64,000 nucleotides of DNA from an uncultured virus (IMG/VR IMGVR_UViG_2660238363_000004) (IMGVR_UViG_2660238363_000004), one strand, 5' to 3'. Positions 51,235-60,879 are shown, counted from the stretch's first letter. Numbers and translations are program-made. Notes: generated by a model not told the origin, from the letters alone.

Positions 51235-51474
51235 ATGCTTCGACAGTCAGACATCGCCGCGGCTTTCCGAGAGTCGGTATTGCGCAACGCCAAAGGCTAC
51301 CAGTACCTGCACACCCGCGACTTCGTTACCGCGCTGCGCCAGCATGGCATCCACTTTTCTGAGGTGGAAGCTAACGCCTGGATCGCGCGAGAGCAAACGT
51401 ATTTCGTCGATAAGACGCCTGACCATAGCGAAAACAGGTTGTGGATGATGGCCAACATGGGGAGGGTTCTGTAA
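51235..51474 (+). CDS. Small SOS-cassette protein (79 aa)
   Basis: GGAGGG RBS in the 3' exon; MLRQSDIAAAFRESV...ENRLW. Confidence 0.7.
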   Translation: MLRQSDIAAAFRESVLRNAKGYQYLHTRDFVTALRQHGIHFSEVEANAWIAREQTYFVDKTPDHSENRLWMMANMGRVL

Positions 51475-51791
51475 TGGGCTTTCCATCACCGGCGACGGAC
51501 TACACGGAACAGCGATTAACGGTTAACTCGATCTGCAATGTCGGTCCAAATACGCTCGTCTTCGAGCAATCTGGCGGTTACGTTGTGCTGGATATCTCCC
51601 TGAAGCCAAAGCAGGGAAGCCAGCTGCTTATCCAGCACGGTGGCGGGACGGAACTTGCCACGCTGAGAGGAAAGTCACTGATAACCGATGATGGCGAAGC
51701 GATCGAGGGGGATGCTCTGGACGATGTCACTGTCGTCGGTGTCGTGACATTTACTATCTGCGATGTGCGCCATGACAACGCGGTTGTTTAG
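51474..51791 (+). CDS. UmuD-like (degenerate S24) protein
   Basis: MGFPSPATDYTEQRL and VVGVVTFTI; catalytic GDSM motif not seen. Confidence 0.65.
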   Translation: MGFPSPATDYTEQRLTVNSICNVGPNTLVFEQSGGYVVLDISLKPKQGSQLLIQHGGGTELATLRGKSLITDDGEAIEGDALDDVTVVGVVTFTICDVRHDNAVV

Positions 51792-51824
51792 TTGCTGTCG
51801 ATGAGGGAAAGAGCACGTGGCGGC

Positions 51825-51897
51825 TGTGTCGTAGATGTGGCGTGACAGGAATGCACGATAAATACAGGGATGTATTCAAACGACACGAAACGACACA
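51825..51897. repeat. Probable integrase arm-type sites (TGTGTCG / CGACAC)
   Basis: Copies at 51825, 51836, 51881 and 51891; same heptamer twice at 35..52 in the int 3' end. Confidence 0.55.
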
Positions 51898-51958
51898 AAA
51901 CCGGATGCGAACGCGGAAAACATGTGTGATTACAGTGTGTTATTTAACGCTCTACTTT

Positions 51959-52003
51959 CTTCTAAGCCGTAGGTCACAGGTTCGAATCCTGTAGGGCGTA
52001 CCA
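51959..52003 (+). pseudogene. 3' half of tRNA-Arg(UCU): prophage attR and probable satellite attL
   Basis: CTTCTAA anticodon loop, GGTTCGAATCC T arm and CCA; no 5' half upstream. Confidence 0.85.
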
Positions 52004-52169
52004 TTCTCACTTCTCTTAACGTCTCCTGAAGTCTACTAAATCCAGCATGCACGCGGTATTCGCCAATATCTCATTATCTCAACGTCTACTATGGTCTATT
52101 GAAATCCACATTCATGTGGGGGTACATTTGGGGGTAGATTCCTGTTCAATGAAATGAGATACCCCCAAA

Positions 52170-53384
52170 ATGAAGCTCACAGCCCGCCAGGTCGACACAT
52201 CCAAGCCTAAGGACAAACCCTATAAGCTGTCTGATGGTGGCGGTCTTTACCTGTTGGTGAACCCCAATGGCTCGCGATACTGGCGCCTGAAGTACCGCAT
52301 CGCTGGTAAAGAGAAACTACTGGCGTTGGGGGTATATCCTGATATCACTTTGGCGGAAGCCAGACAGAAACGCGCGGATGCAAAAAAGGTTCTCGCTGCT
52401 GGTGGTGATCCAGGGCAGGAGAAGCAGGAAGAGAAACAAGCGAAAGAGCAGGCCGTGGCAAACAGCTTTGAGCGCCTGGCGATGGAATGGCATTCCCATA
52501 AAAGCACATCGTGGTCAGAAGGCTATGCCGAGCATCTCCTGATGTACCTGAAGAAGGATATCTTCCCCTTCATCGGGCAAAAGGCGATTACGGATATCAG
52601 CCAGGTTGAAATGCTTAACGTCCTGCGAAAGATGGAACAACGCGGCGTTCTGGATAAACTCAAGAAAACCCGTCAGGCCTGCCGGCAGATATTCACCTAC
52701 GCCATTATTACCGGTAGAGCTGAGCACAACCCTGTATCCGATCTGGCTGGCGCGCTGAAGTCGCCCAAGCAACAGCACTACCCACACCTTTTAGTCGACC
52801 AGATCCCGGATTTTCTCCGTGCGCTAAGTGAATACAGCGGTAGCACAATCACCCGCAACGCCACCCGACTGTTAATGCTTACCGGGCTCAGGACAATTGA
52901 GCTCCGTGCCTCTGAATGGGTTGATATCGACTTTGACAAAGGCGTTTGGAATATCTCCGCAGAGCGAATGAAGATGCGGCGCCCACATCTCGTGCCTCTC
53001 TCGAGCCAGGTTCGCGAGTTGCTGGAAGAGATCCGCCAGCTTACCGGGCGAGGGAAGTATGTTTTCCCCGGACGGAATGATGCCAGCAAGCCAATGAGTG
53101 AGGCCAGCATTAACCAGGTGATTAAACGAATCGGTTATGACGGTAAAGCGACCGGGCACGGCTTCCGCCACACCATGAGTACCATCCTCCATGAACAGGG
53201 ATATAACACCGCCTGGATTGAAACGCAGTTGGCCCACGTCGATAAGAACTCAATCCGCGGGACGTACAACCACGCTCAGTATCTGGACGGCCGGCGGGAA
53301 ATGCTCCAGTGGTATGCCGACTATATGGCGGCGCTTGAGAACGGTGAAAATATGGTTCATGGCTCGTTCGGGAAACGTGCCTGA
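52170..53384 (+). CDS. int: P4-family integrase
   Basis: YKLSDGGGLYL, LGVYPDITLAEAR, TGLRTIE, HGFRH, QLAH and YNHA motifs. Confidence 0.95.
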   Translation: MKLTARQVDTSKPKDKPYKLSDGGGLYLLVNPNGSRYWRLKYRIAGKEKLLALGVYPDITLAEARQKRADAKKVLAAGGDPGQEKQEEKQAKEQAVANSFERLAMEWHSHKSTSWSEGYAEHLLMYLKKDIFPFIGQKAITDISQVEMLNVLRKMEQRGVLDKLKKTRQACRQIFTYAIITGRAEHNPVSDLAGALKSPKQQHYPHLLVDQIPDFLRALSEYSGSTITRNATRLLMLTGLRTIELRASEWVDIDFDKGVWNISAERMKMRRPHLVPLSSQVRELLEEIRQLTGRGKYVFPGRNDASKPMSEASINQVIKRIGYDGKATGHGFRHTMSTILHEQGYNTAWIETQLAHVDKNSIRGTYNHAQYLDGRREMLQWYADYMAALENGENMVHGSFGKRA

Positions 53385-53528
53385 CTGGATGCATAGACAG
53401 TATATGCAGACGATAGTAGACTTAGGTAGACGAACAAAGAATAGGCTATGTCTAGGCTGATCCCCGAAAACCCGTACACCTCTGCGGGCTGGCATAGCCG
53501 CCAAAATCAGAGGGCGTGAGGTGGCGTT

Positions 53529-54287
53529 ATGGTCGTGTCTGTCGCGCAGTTATTGGCAGAGAAAAATAGTGTTATTTCTTTCTCGGATACAGTTTCCTTT
53601 ATATTAGAAGACAATGATTTTCTAAATTTTCATGATGTTGTTCAGTTTATTTATAGGAATTTCAATCTTGTAAGTGATGATGTTTCTAATTGCTTGGCAA
53701 GTTGTTCTTACGATAGAGTTAAAGGAGTGTCTGAGTCTGATGAGATTGCAGCAGAAAGCCTCGAGACATTAGAGTACTTGATATCATCAAACTGGATATC
53801 AGGTATAGAAAATGAAGGGCAAGGTGGATATTTTTCTATTTATAATAACGAAGGGTATGAAAATGGTTCGCGTAAGGACTTTTTCTTTCGTAAGAATGAA
53901 TTGATTCATGTGCTTACTACTGCCGGGATTACATTCAGATTTAATGAACAACTTGATAATGAAAATTCAGCAGAAAGCAGTGTGCAGGAATATGAAAAGA
54001 GAATTAAAATATTATCGGATGAAAATAAAAAATTAAAAAGCGAAGTTGATGAACTAAGGCATGATAATCCCAAGTATCTTGGTGTGTTTAGAGACGACGA
54101 TCCATTATTAATTGCTATCAACATAAGGAATGTTGAGTGGGAATTATTTGATGAGAATAATGCTCGAGTCACGACGCCATCTGCAGATTATGTAATCGAG
54201 AAGTTGAAAGAGCAATATGGAATGTCACATGCACTTGCTAGTGCCATTGAAAGAGTTGCCTGCCCAATTGTTAGAAAGGCGTCTTAG
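53529..54287 (+). CDS. Putative satellite repressor
   Basis: Between int and alpA; coiled coil plus C-terminal HTH-like ..SHALASAIERVACP. Confidence 0.55.
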   Translation: MVVSVAQLLAEKNSVISFSDTVSFILEDNDFLNFHDVVQFIYRNFNLVSDDVSNCLASCSYDRVKGVSESDEIAAESLETLEYLISSNWISGIENEGQGGYFSIYNNEGYENGSRKDFFFRKNELIHVLTTAGITFRFNEQLDNENSAESSVQEYEKRIKILSDENKKLKSEVDELRHDNPKYLGVFRDDDPLLIAINIRNVEWELFDENNARVTTPSADYVIEKLKEQYGMSHALASAIERVACPIVRKAS

Positions 54288-54553
54288 TTCGTTTGAGTAC
54301 CACCATGAGTCATGATGTATCATAGATGTCAGTCCTTGATACATATCTCACATATCAATCTACCCTAACCCATAGGGTAGAATAACTCAATAAATCAGCC
54401 ACCTACCTTAACCCTAAGGGTGAAATCTATCCTGAGTCCCTTACCCTCAGGGTAAAATGTACCTAAATACCCTTAACCCTAAGGATATAAAAACATCGTC
54501 TTTTTTATGCAATGATATACCTCGTAAACCGCAATAGACGTTACGAGGTAAAT

Positions 54554-54754
54554 ATGGCTCAGTCATTGATAAGATTTTCTGAAGTACAACGAAGAACTGG
54601 ATATAGTAAAGCGTGGTTATATCGCCTCATGGAGCAGAACCGATTTCCTTCTGCAATAAAAATTGGTTCGCGCTCAATTGCTTTCATCGAAAGTGAAATA
54701 GATGATTGGATTAATCAACGTATTGCTGAGTCACGCGGTGAGTTGTCCGAATAA
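54554..54754 (+). CDS. alpA: AlpA family regulator/excisionase
   Basis: LIRFSEVQRRTGYSKAWLY...FPSAIKIGSRSIAFIESEID.WI. Confidence 0.92.
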   Translation: MAQSLIRFSEVQRRTGYSKAWLYRLMEQNRFPSAIKIGSRSIAFIESEIDDWINQRIAESRGELSE

Positions 54755-54849
54755 TTAAAGAGTAACATGGACTTTTCTGTGGGGCTGGTGGTGTTGCAGA
54801 AAGATAGTGTGAATATTTAATTCTCTACTGTGTAGCGGAGCGAGGATAA

Positions 54850-55452
54850 ATGAAAACTGAAAAATTCAGATTCAATTCTGAGGGCGTCTCTCAGCCTGTG
54901 GCTAGCCAGAAAAATATATTCAAGGCTGAAGTGAATGATATTTCAGTCATTAAATTCGAGAGGCATTCCGTGCGCATTGTGAATGTCGATGGTGAACCGT
55001 GGTTTGTCGTTTCTGACGTTTGCCAGGCCCTAGAAATTAGCAACCCAACCAGTGCTGTTACTTCTTTGGATTTCGATGAGGTAATGACCCTAACTTTAAA
55101 TGAGGGGCATTCAGGTAAGCGTGGCGGAGCACGTAGTTGGAATATGGCCGCTGAGTCAGGTTTCTACAAACTGATCGCTCGCAGTCGCAAGGCCACCACT
55201 CCCGGCACGTTCGCCCACCGCTTCAGCAACTGGGTATTCCGCGAGGTTGTGCCTTCTATCCGTAAAACTGGCTCCTACGGTGTGCCGTTCGCGCTCCTTA
55301 ATGACCATACCCGCCGCAAAGAGCTTTACACGAAGAGGGCCAGCCGGTGCGGTAAAGACCTTCAGTCATGCAAAGGTGAGAAAGCTCGCCTGGCCGCCGA
55401 AGAAATCGAGCTGTGGCGTAAGTATCAACCTGACTTGCTGGAGGTTCATTAA
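54850..55452 (+). CDS. BRO-N domain antirepressor-like protein
   Basis: DGEPWFVVSDVCQAL...ESGFYKLIARSRK...WVFREVVPSIRKTGSY. Confidence 0.88.
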   Translation: MKTEKFRFNSEGVSQPVASQKNIFKAEVNDISVIKFERHSVRIVNVDGEPWFVVSDVCQALEISNPTSAVTSLDFDEVMTLTLNEGHSGKRGGARSWNMAAESGFYKLIARSRKATTPGTFAHRFSNWVFREVVPSIRKTGSYGVPFALLNDHTRRKELYTKRASRCGKDLQSCKGEKARLAAEEIELWRKYQPDLLEVH

Positions 55453-55631
55453 TGGCTAATTCCACCAGCACACCGTTGCCAAATCACGCATATCACGACG
55501 CGCAGGGCCAGACGGTGAGCGTCGTCTCTGTAGCGCACAACCGCGTGACGTTCTATCGCGAGGGCTACCAGTTCCCTTGCGTACAGACCATTGACCGATT
55601 CATGAAGGAGTACGTGGAGGTGAAACAATGA
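55452..55631 (+). CDS. DUF4222-like protein (59 aa)
   Basis: Hand translation ...VAHNRVTFYREGYQFPCVQTIDRFMKEY; coupled on both sides. Confidence 0.65.
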   Translation: MANSTSTPLPNHAYHDAQGQTVSVVSVAHNRVTFYREGYQFPCVQTIDRFMKEYVEVKQ

Positions 55632-56365
55632 TTACTAGTATCCAAGGTAATAGCCTCTCTATGGCTGGCCTGTTAGCAAATGTTAGCACTTTGCGAGTGC
55701 TGCGAAGCCACGGGAATCTGTCGAAACCTGTCACTTTGCGGGTCACTGAAGGTGGTGCGCAAAATGCCGGGTGGAATTTCTGGAATAGGAATAGCGATTC
55801 CTTTAACACCTGCAGTAAAAATTTTTGCGAGTCCATAAAAAATGGCTTGATGTTCTACGTCATCCAGGTCTATGGTTATTGTGCACCAGCAAAATCTGGT
55901 GCCGGGATTGGCGTCTCGGAGAGTTTACAGGCGACCTATGACGCGCCATGCGTCTTTTTTTGTGTCGTTAATTCAGTACACCCTTTTTTCTGCGTTGCGG
56001 GTATAATCCGCGTCGCTCACAAAATAATGGTGGGCTGGATGGGGGCGGAGAAATCCGCGCCGGTTTCCTGTAACGCCGGTTACGCCAACCCTGTTCAGTC
56101 CACCACCAGCGAAATTGGCGTTTCCGGTGGTGGGTTTCAGACCCAGTTACAGGAGGCTGCCACCATGGCTACTACCCCTACCCCTACCCAAAATCCACAA
56201 TTTATCTGGATCATCGCTGCTATACGACGTGATAGCCAATTCGTCACTGTAAAAATCTTCCACGTTACCGCAGTCTCTGAACGCGAAGCCCGTCGCACTT
56301 TAGTGCGTGATCATATTTGTTTTTTCGCTGGCCGCATCCGTCTGACGGAGGTGGATCATGCGTAA
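55628..56365 (+). CDS. icd: Ash/Icd-family ORF; Icd-like product probably starts at 56165
   Basis: MVGWMGA...GYANPVQSTT.EIG and MATTP...SEREARRTL...FFAGRI; AGGAGG before 56165. Confidence 0.75.
   Translation: MITSIQGNSLSMAGLLANVSTLRVLRSHGNLSKPVTLRVTEGGAQNAGWNFWNRNSDSFNTCSKNFCESIKNGLMFYVIQVYGYCAPAKSGAGIGVSESLQATYDAPCVFFCVVNSVHPFFCVAGIIRVAHKIMVGWMGAEKSAPVSCNAGYANPVQSTTSEIGVSGGGFQTQLQEAATMATTPTPTQNPQFIWIIAAIRRDSQFVTVKIFHVTAVSEREARRTLVRDHICFFAGRIRLTEVDHA
56028..56108 (+). ncRNA. C4/CI-type antisense immunity RNA
   Basis: TGGTGGGCTGGATGGG...CCCTGTTCAGTCCACCA stem; ACGCCAA (56082) complements TTGGCGT at 55908 and 56115. Confidence 0.8.
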
Positions 56366-56579
56366 TAACTGCCTCCCTACAGCGATCGCCGAGAAGCCTT
56401 ATCTACTCGATGAACTCACCTACGAAACAGAATGTGTGTTGGCAATCCTAAGAACAATTAATGATGTCAGCGATCCACACACCAAAAGCCACCTCGTAGA
56501 CTCCGCCGAACTTATTGGTACTCAGTTGTTGAAAAAGCTAGAGCACAACGCACGTCTGGAAGATGGTGATTGCGAATGA
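56358..56579 (+). CDS. Hypothetical protein
   Basis: Coupled ORF between icd and primase. Confidence 0.55.
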   Translation: MRNNCLPTAIAEKPYLLDELTYETECVLAILRTINDVSDPHTKSHLVDSAELIGTQLLKKLEHNARLEDGDCE

Positions 56580-59332
56580 AAAATATCGACCTCATCCGTG
56601 AAGTTACCCAAGCTGCAGCAGATCGCTGGCCTACGGTTCTGGCTGGGCTGCATATCGATGTGCCTGATTCACCGCGTCGGCACGGCCCGTGCCCGGCCTG
56701 CGGCGGTTCGGATCGCTTTCGTTTCGATGATGGTGGCCGTGGCAGCTTTATCTGTAACCAATGCGGCGCCGGTGATGGTCTTGACCTAATCAGAAAGGTG
56801 AACAAATGTGATACCACGGAGGCCGCCAGACTGGCGGCGGAGGTTCTGGGTATTGATTACCGGGTAGATGAACGCAACGAGGAAGCCGTCCGCCAGCGCC
56901 GGGAGCAGATGGAGGCTGAACGCCAGCAAAGGGAGCAGGTTCGCCAGCAGAAGGCATCAGAGGAAGCTGAGCAGCGCCAGTCTGTGTTTGTGGGCCACTG
57001 GCAGAGGCTCACAAATGCGGCCGCATCCGGAGAAAGCCAATACCTGACAGGGAAAGAACTAAGCGGATTCACGTTCCCGATCCTGGCGGACGGCAGCTTG
57101 CTGCTGTCGCTGGTGGACGATACCGGCACAGTAACAGCTGCGCAGACCATTACACCACAGGGTGAAAAACGTCTTCTGACCGGCTCGGCGAAGCGAGGTG
57201 CATACCATGCTGTAAACGTAGCAGACGCACCGCAGAGTGTTTTAATTGCTGAAGGGCTGGCAACAGCCTTATCTGTCCATCTGATACGCCCGGAAGCACT
57301 GACGGTATGCGCCATAGACGCTGGCAACCTGCAGCCCGTCGCCCAGGCCATGCATCAGCGTTACCCGAATGCGCAGATCATCATTGCTGCCGACAACGAT
57401 ATTAAGCCCGGAGAGCCAAATACAGGCAAAGACGCTGCGGAGAAAGCTGCAAAGGCCGTCTCTGGATGGGTGGCTTTACCACCAACGGTGGAAAAGGCCG
57501 ACTGGAACGACTACCACCAGCAGCATGGCCTAGAAGCCGCTACAACGGCGTTTAAGAATTCGATGTATCAACCGCAGGAGCCTGAAGTGTCCGCGAAACT
57601 GCAAGTGATCAACGGAGGGAAGAAGGGCGCATCAAAACCTGAATCCCTGCGACCTCATGTCGAAAGCCGTGTTGACGGTGTTTATTGGGTTGAGCCCAAA
57701 TCAGACAAAGATACCGGGGAAATCATCAGCCGTGAAAGCTGGTTGTGCTCTGCTCTGGAGGTTGTCGGTATTGGCATTGATGACAGTAAAACCCGGTATT
57801 TGATCCTGCGCTGGCAGGCATTAGGTTCGAAGGGGGACACCGTCCAGGCGATACCACTTGCTGATATCGGTGAGCGTGAGGGATGGCGAACGCTCAAGTC
57901 GGGTGGGGTAAACGTCACAACCAAAAGCGGTTTACGTGCAACGCTAGCCGACTGGCTGCAGAGCTGTGCCAATGGAGAGGTATGGCGCATTGCGCATGCT
58001 ACGGGCTGGCAGTGTGGCGCCTATATCATGCCCGATGGTGAGATCATAGGTACGCCAGAACAACCTGTGCTGTTTAACGGGCGGAGTTCTGCCGCGTCCG
58101 GATACAGCACCAGCGGTACTGTTGAGAGCTGGCGGGAGAGTGTAGGGCGTCTGGCCTTTGGCAACTATTCGATGATGACTGGCGTGTCCGCAGCGCTGGC
58201 AGCTCCTTTGATTGGCCTTGCTGGTGCGGATGGATTCGGTATCCACCTCTACGAACAGTCGAGTGCCGGTAAGACCACCACAGCGAATGTAGCCTCCAGT
58301 CTTTACGGCAACCCGGATATGCTACGTCTCACTTGGTACGGCACTGCGCTGGGACTGGCGAATGAAGCTGCCGCACACAACGACGCGCTGATGCCGCTAG
58401 ACGAAATCGGCCAAGGCGCTGATCCGGTGGAGGTCTACAAATCTGCCTACGCGCTATTTAATGGTACGGGTAAGCTGCAGGGTGCGAAGGAGGGAGGGAA
58501 TCGTGATCTGAAGCGCTGGCGTACTGTGGCCATCAGTACCGGTGAGATGGATCTGGAAACATTCATCGCCAGTGCCGGCCGTAAGGCTAAAGCGGGCCAG
58601 CTGGTTCGCCTGCTGAATGTTCCGATGCGTCGGGCAGTACGCTTCCATGAGCATGCCAATGGTAAACACCACGCCGATGCCCTCAAAGATGCGTACCAGC
58701 ATCACCACGGAGTAGCCGGGCGTGAGTGGGTGAAATGGCTAGCTGACCACCAGCAAGAGGCGGTAAGTGCTGTCAGGGCAGCGGAAGAGCGCTGGCGTAG
58801 CCTGATCCCATCGGATTACGGGGAGCAGGTCCATCGTGTCGGTGCCCGGTTTGCCATTCTGGAAGCCGCACTATTGTTAGGTAAAGTGATCACCGGCTGG
58901 GATGAGCAGACGTGTCGGGATGCTATTCAGTACAGCTATAACGCCTGGCTGCGTGAATTTGGGACCGGAAACAAAGAACATCAGCAGATTATCGATCAGA
59001 CCGAGGCATTCCTGAACGCCTACGGCATGAGCCGTTTTGCGCCGTTTCCTTATGACCCATCCAGTCTGCCAATATCCAACATGGCGGGATACCGGCAGAA
59101 AGGTGGTCACGAGTCTGACCCAATGGTGTTCTACACCTTCCCCGCAGCCTTCGAAGGGGAGATTGCCCGCGGCTTTAATGCTCGTCAGTTTGCCGAAGTA
59201 CTGAAGAAAGCTGGCATGCTAACGCCTCCGACGTCAGGCCGGGGGTTCCAGAGAAAGTCACCACGCATTGATGGGCGACAGATTCGGGTTTATGTCCTGC
59301 AGTATTTGCCGGACGATGACCAATCAGAGTAA
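56576..59332 (+). CDS. Primase-helicase (Zn finger + TOPRIM + DUF927)
   Basis: HGPCPACGGSDRF, AEGLATA, AADND, DWND, SSAGKTT and PLDEIG motifs. Confidence 0.92.
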   Translation: MKNIDLIREVTQAAADRWPTVLAGLHIDVPDSPRRHGPCPACGGSDRFRFDDGGRGSFICNQCGAGDGLDLIRKVNKCDTTEAARLAAEVLGIDYRVDERNEEAVRQRREQMEAERQQREQVRQQKASEEAEQRQSVFVGHWQRLTNAAASGESQYLTGKELSGFTFPILADGSLLLSLVDDTGTVTAAQTITPQGEKRLLTGSAKRGAYHAVNVADAPQSVLIAEGLATALSVHLIRPEALTVCAIDAGNLQPVAQAMHQRYPNAQIIIAADNDIKPGEPNTGKDAAEKAAKAVSGWVALPPTVEKADWNDYHQQHGLEAATTAFKNSMYQPQEPEVSAKLQVINGGKKGASKPESLRPHVESRVDGVYWVEPKSDKDTGEIISRESWLCSALEVVGIGIDDSKTRYLILRWQALGSKGDTVQAIPLADIGEREGWRTLKSGGVNVTTKSGLRATLADWLQSCANGEVWRIAHATGWQCGAYIMPDGEIIGTPEQPVLFNGRSSAASGYSTSGTVESWRESVGRLAFGNYSMMTGVSAALAAPLIGLAGADGFGIHLYEQSSAGKTTTANVASSLYGNPDMLRLTWYGTALGLANEAAAHNDALMPLDEIGQGADPVEVYKSAYALFNGTGKLQGAKEGGNRDLKRWRTVAISTGEMDLETFIASAGRKAKAGQLVRLLNVPMRRAVRFHEHANGKHHADALKDAYQHHHGVAGREWVKWLADHQQEAVSAVRAAEERWRSLIPSDYGEQVHRVGARFAILEAALLLGKVITGWDEQTCRDAIQYSYNAWLREFGTGNKEHQQIIDQTEAFLNAYGMSRFAPFPYDPSSLPISNMAGYRQKGGHESDPMVFYTFPAAFEGEIARGFNARQFAEVLKKAGMLTPPTSGRGFQRKSPRIDGRQIRVYVLQYLPDDDQSE

Positions 59333-59361
59333 AAGCATTCTTTCATGTGTGTAGTTTAGGT

Positions 59362-59472
59362 GTTGGTTCAGTTGGTTCAGTTGCCTCAGTAGTTATATAT
59401 ATCTGTTTAATAAGGTTTCATGTTTGAAAATTGAACCAACATTGAGGCAACAAACCACCATTTTGAACCAAC
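59362..59472. repeat. Satellite replication origin iterons
   Basis: Three direct GTTGGTTCA/GTTGCCTCA copies, an AT-rich spacer, then three inverted copies. Confidence 0.75.
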
Positions 59473-59513
59473 ACTGAATCAGGTACAGGGCATCAGAAGA
59501 GAGGATCACAGCG

Positions 59514-59957
59514 ATGACAGCTCAAATTTCAGCGTATGGCCGGCTGGTGGCCGACCCGCAGACCAGAACAACGGGAAAAGGTACGAACATGGCTATGGCC
59601 CGCCTAGCGGTAGCTCTGCCCTGTAATGCGGCAGATAACGGAGAGGCTACTTTCTGGTTGGGCGTGATTGCTTTTGGTAAACAGGCCGATGCGTTGGCCA
59701 AACATCGTAAAGGCGACCTTGTCAGTGTGGCGGGCAATATGCAGCTCAATCAGTGGACGGGTCAGGATGGCGGTATACAGCAAGGCTATCAGGTCATTGC
59801 GGACAGTGTACTCAGCGCCAGAACGGTACGACCAGGAGGTAAAGCAGGGCAGCAGGGTCAAGCTACGGATGCTCTGCGCCGTGCCCATGAGCAACAACCG
59901 CCCGCGACCGGGTATGAAGGATTCAACCAGACTCCGCCGTATGAAGATGATTTTTGA
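59514..59957 (+). CDS. ssb: Single-stranded DNA-binding protein
   Basis: YGRLVADP...AFGKQA...KGDLVSVAG...W...; acidic tail. Confidence 0.9.
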   Translation: MTAQISAYGRLVADPQTRTTGKGTNMAMARLAVALPCNAADNGEATFWLGVIAFGKQADALAKHRKGDLVSVAGNMQLNQWTGQDGGIQQGYQVIADSVLSARTVRPGGKAGQQGQATDALRRAHEQQPPATGYEGFNQTPPYEDDF

Positions 59958-60006
59958 TTGAGCTATGTGGTTTAGTTTTTGCTGTTATGAGCCTGAATTG
60001 TATGAT

Positions 60007-60879
60007 TCAGGCTGCTATTTTAATAATTCTTTGAGCGGCTTCGAATGCACTGTTTACAGGAATGAAATTAATATCTTCCTTTAAGGCTAACTCGGTGAGT
60101 TCATTAACATAACCACGCATGCTTGCAACGGTTTTAGGTGGGATCGTTGGATCGTCGAATGAAGGAATACCGACGATAACGTCAAGAGTCTTTGGCTTTA
60201 AAACCATACTGGAGCGAGAAAGTGATTCTAAATCATACACTTTTGCTTTAATAGAGTTAATCGATGCCGATAAACGACTAGGTACCATTAACCCAAAATT
60301 AGACGCATAGATATCATTATAAAACCCAAAGCGCGTGTGCAACTGCGCACTTGATAGCTGGACTCGGGTACCAAAATAATCTGAAAGCTTCGGGTTTAGC
60401 TTTCTGGCTTCGTCAGATATTCTGGTTGACCATTGCTCAGACTGCTTCTGACTAGATCTGTCATCATCTTCTAAGCGTTCTGCCTCAAGGGTTAAAGTAC
60501 CTAGGCTCGCTGTTAGCCTGACAGCCTGCCTTAAGATCCCTGATAAGCTATCGTCGAGAGCGTCTGAATTTTTTGAAATTGCGAAACCAGAAATCGGTGG
60601 AGCCCAATGTTCTAAGTTAATGTGGGATTCTAGGTGAGAATGGAGAGAGCTTCTCACCCAAGATACCATTGATTTGATTGATTCTGATTTGGTCCCGTAG
60701 ATTGAATCGAGAACCTCATCTCTGATGGACTGTATGATTTCATGCTTACCATCAACTCCCCGAGCCACAATGATTGCATTAATTCGTTCGCCTGAACCGA
60801 TGATGGGCTCAAAGGACACTGACCACCACTTACCTGCGTAGGTTGGTTTAGCTGGGAACAGTGAGATGTCAAATGTCAT
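60007..60879 (-). CDS. Hypothetical partner of HipA-like kinase (DUF3037-like N-terminus)
   Basis: ATGA overlap with kinase stop; EPIIGSGERINAIIV. Confidence 0.6.
   Translation of the reverse strand: MTFDISLFPAKPTYAGKWWSVSFEPIIGSGERINAIIVARGVDGKHEIIQSIRDEVLDSIYGTKSESIKSMVSWVRSSLHSHLESHINLEHWAPPISGFAISKNSDALDDSLSGILRQAVRLTASLGTLTLEAERLEDDDRSSQKQSEQWSTRISDEARKLNPKLSDYFGTRVQLSSAQLHTRFGFYNDIYASNFGLMVPSRLSASINSIKAKVYDLESLSRSSMVLKPKTLDVIVGIPSFDDPTIPPKTVASMRGYVNELTELALKEDINFIPVNSAFEAAQRIIKIAA

Noticed and set aside
51959..52003. Functional tRNA-Arg
   Set aside because: The 5' acceptor strand and D arm are missing; this is an att duplication.
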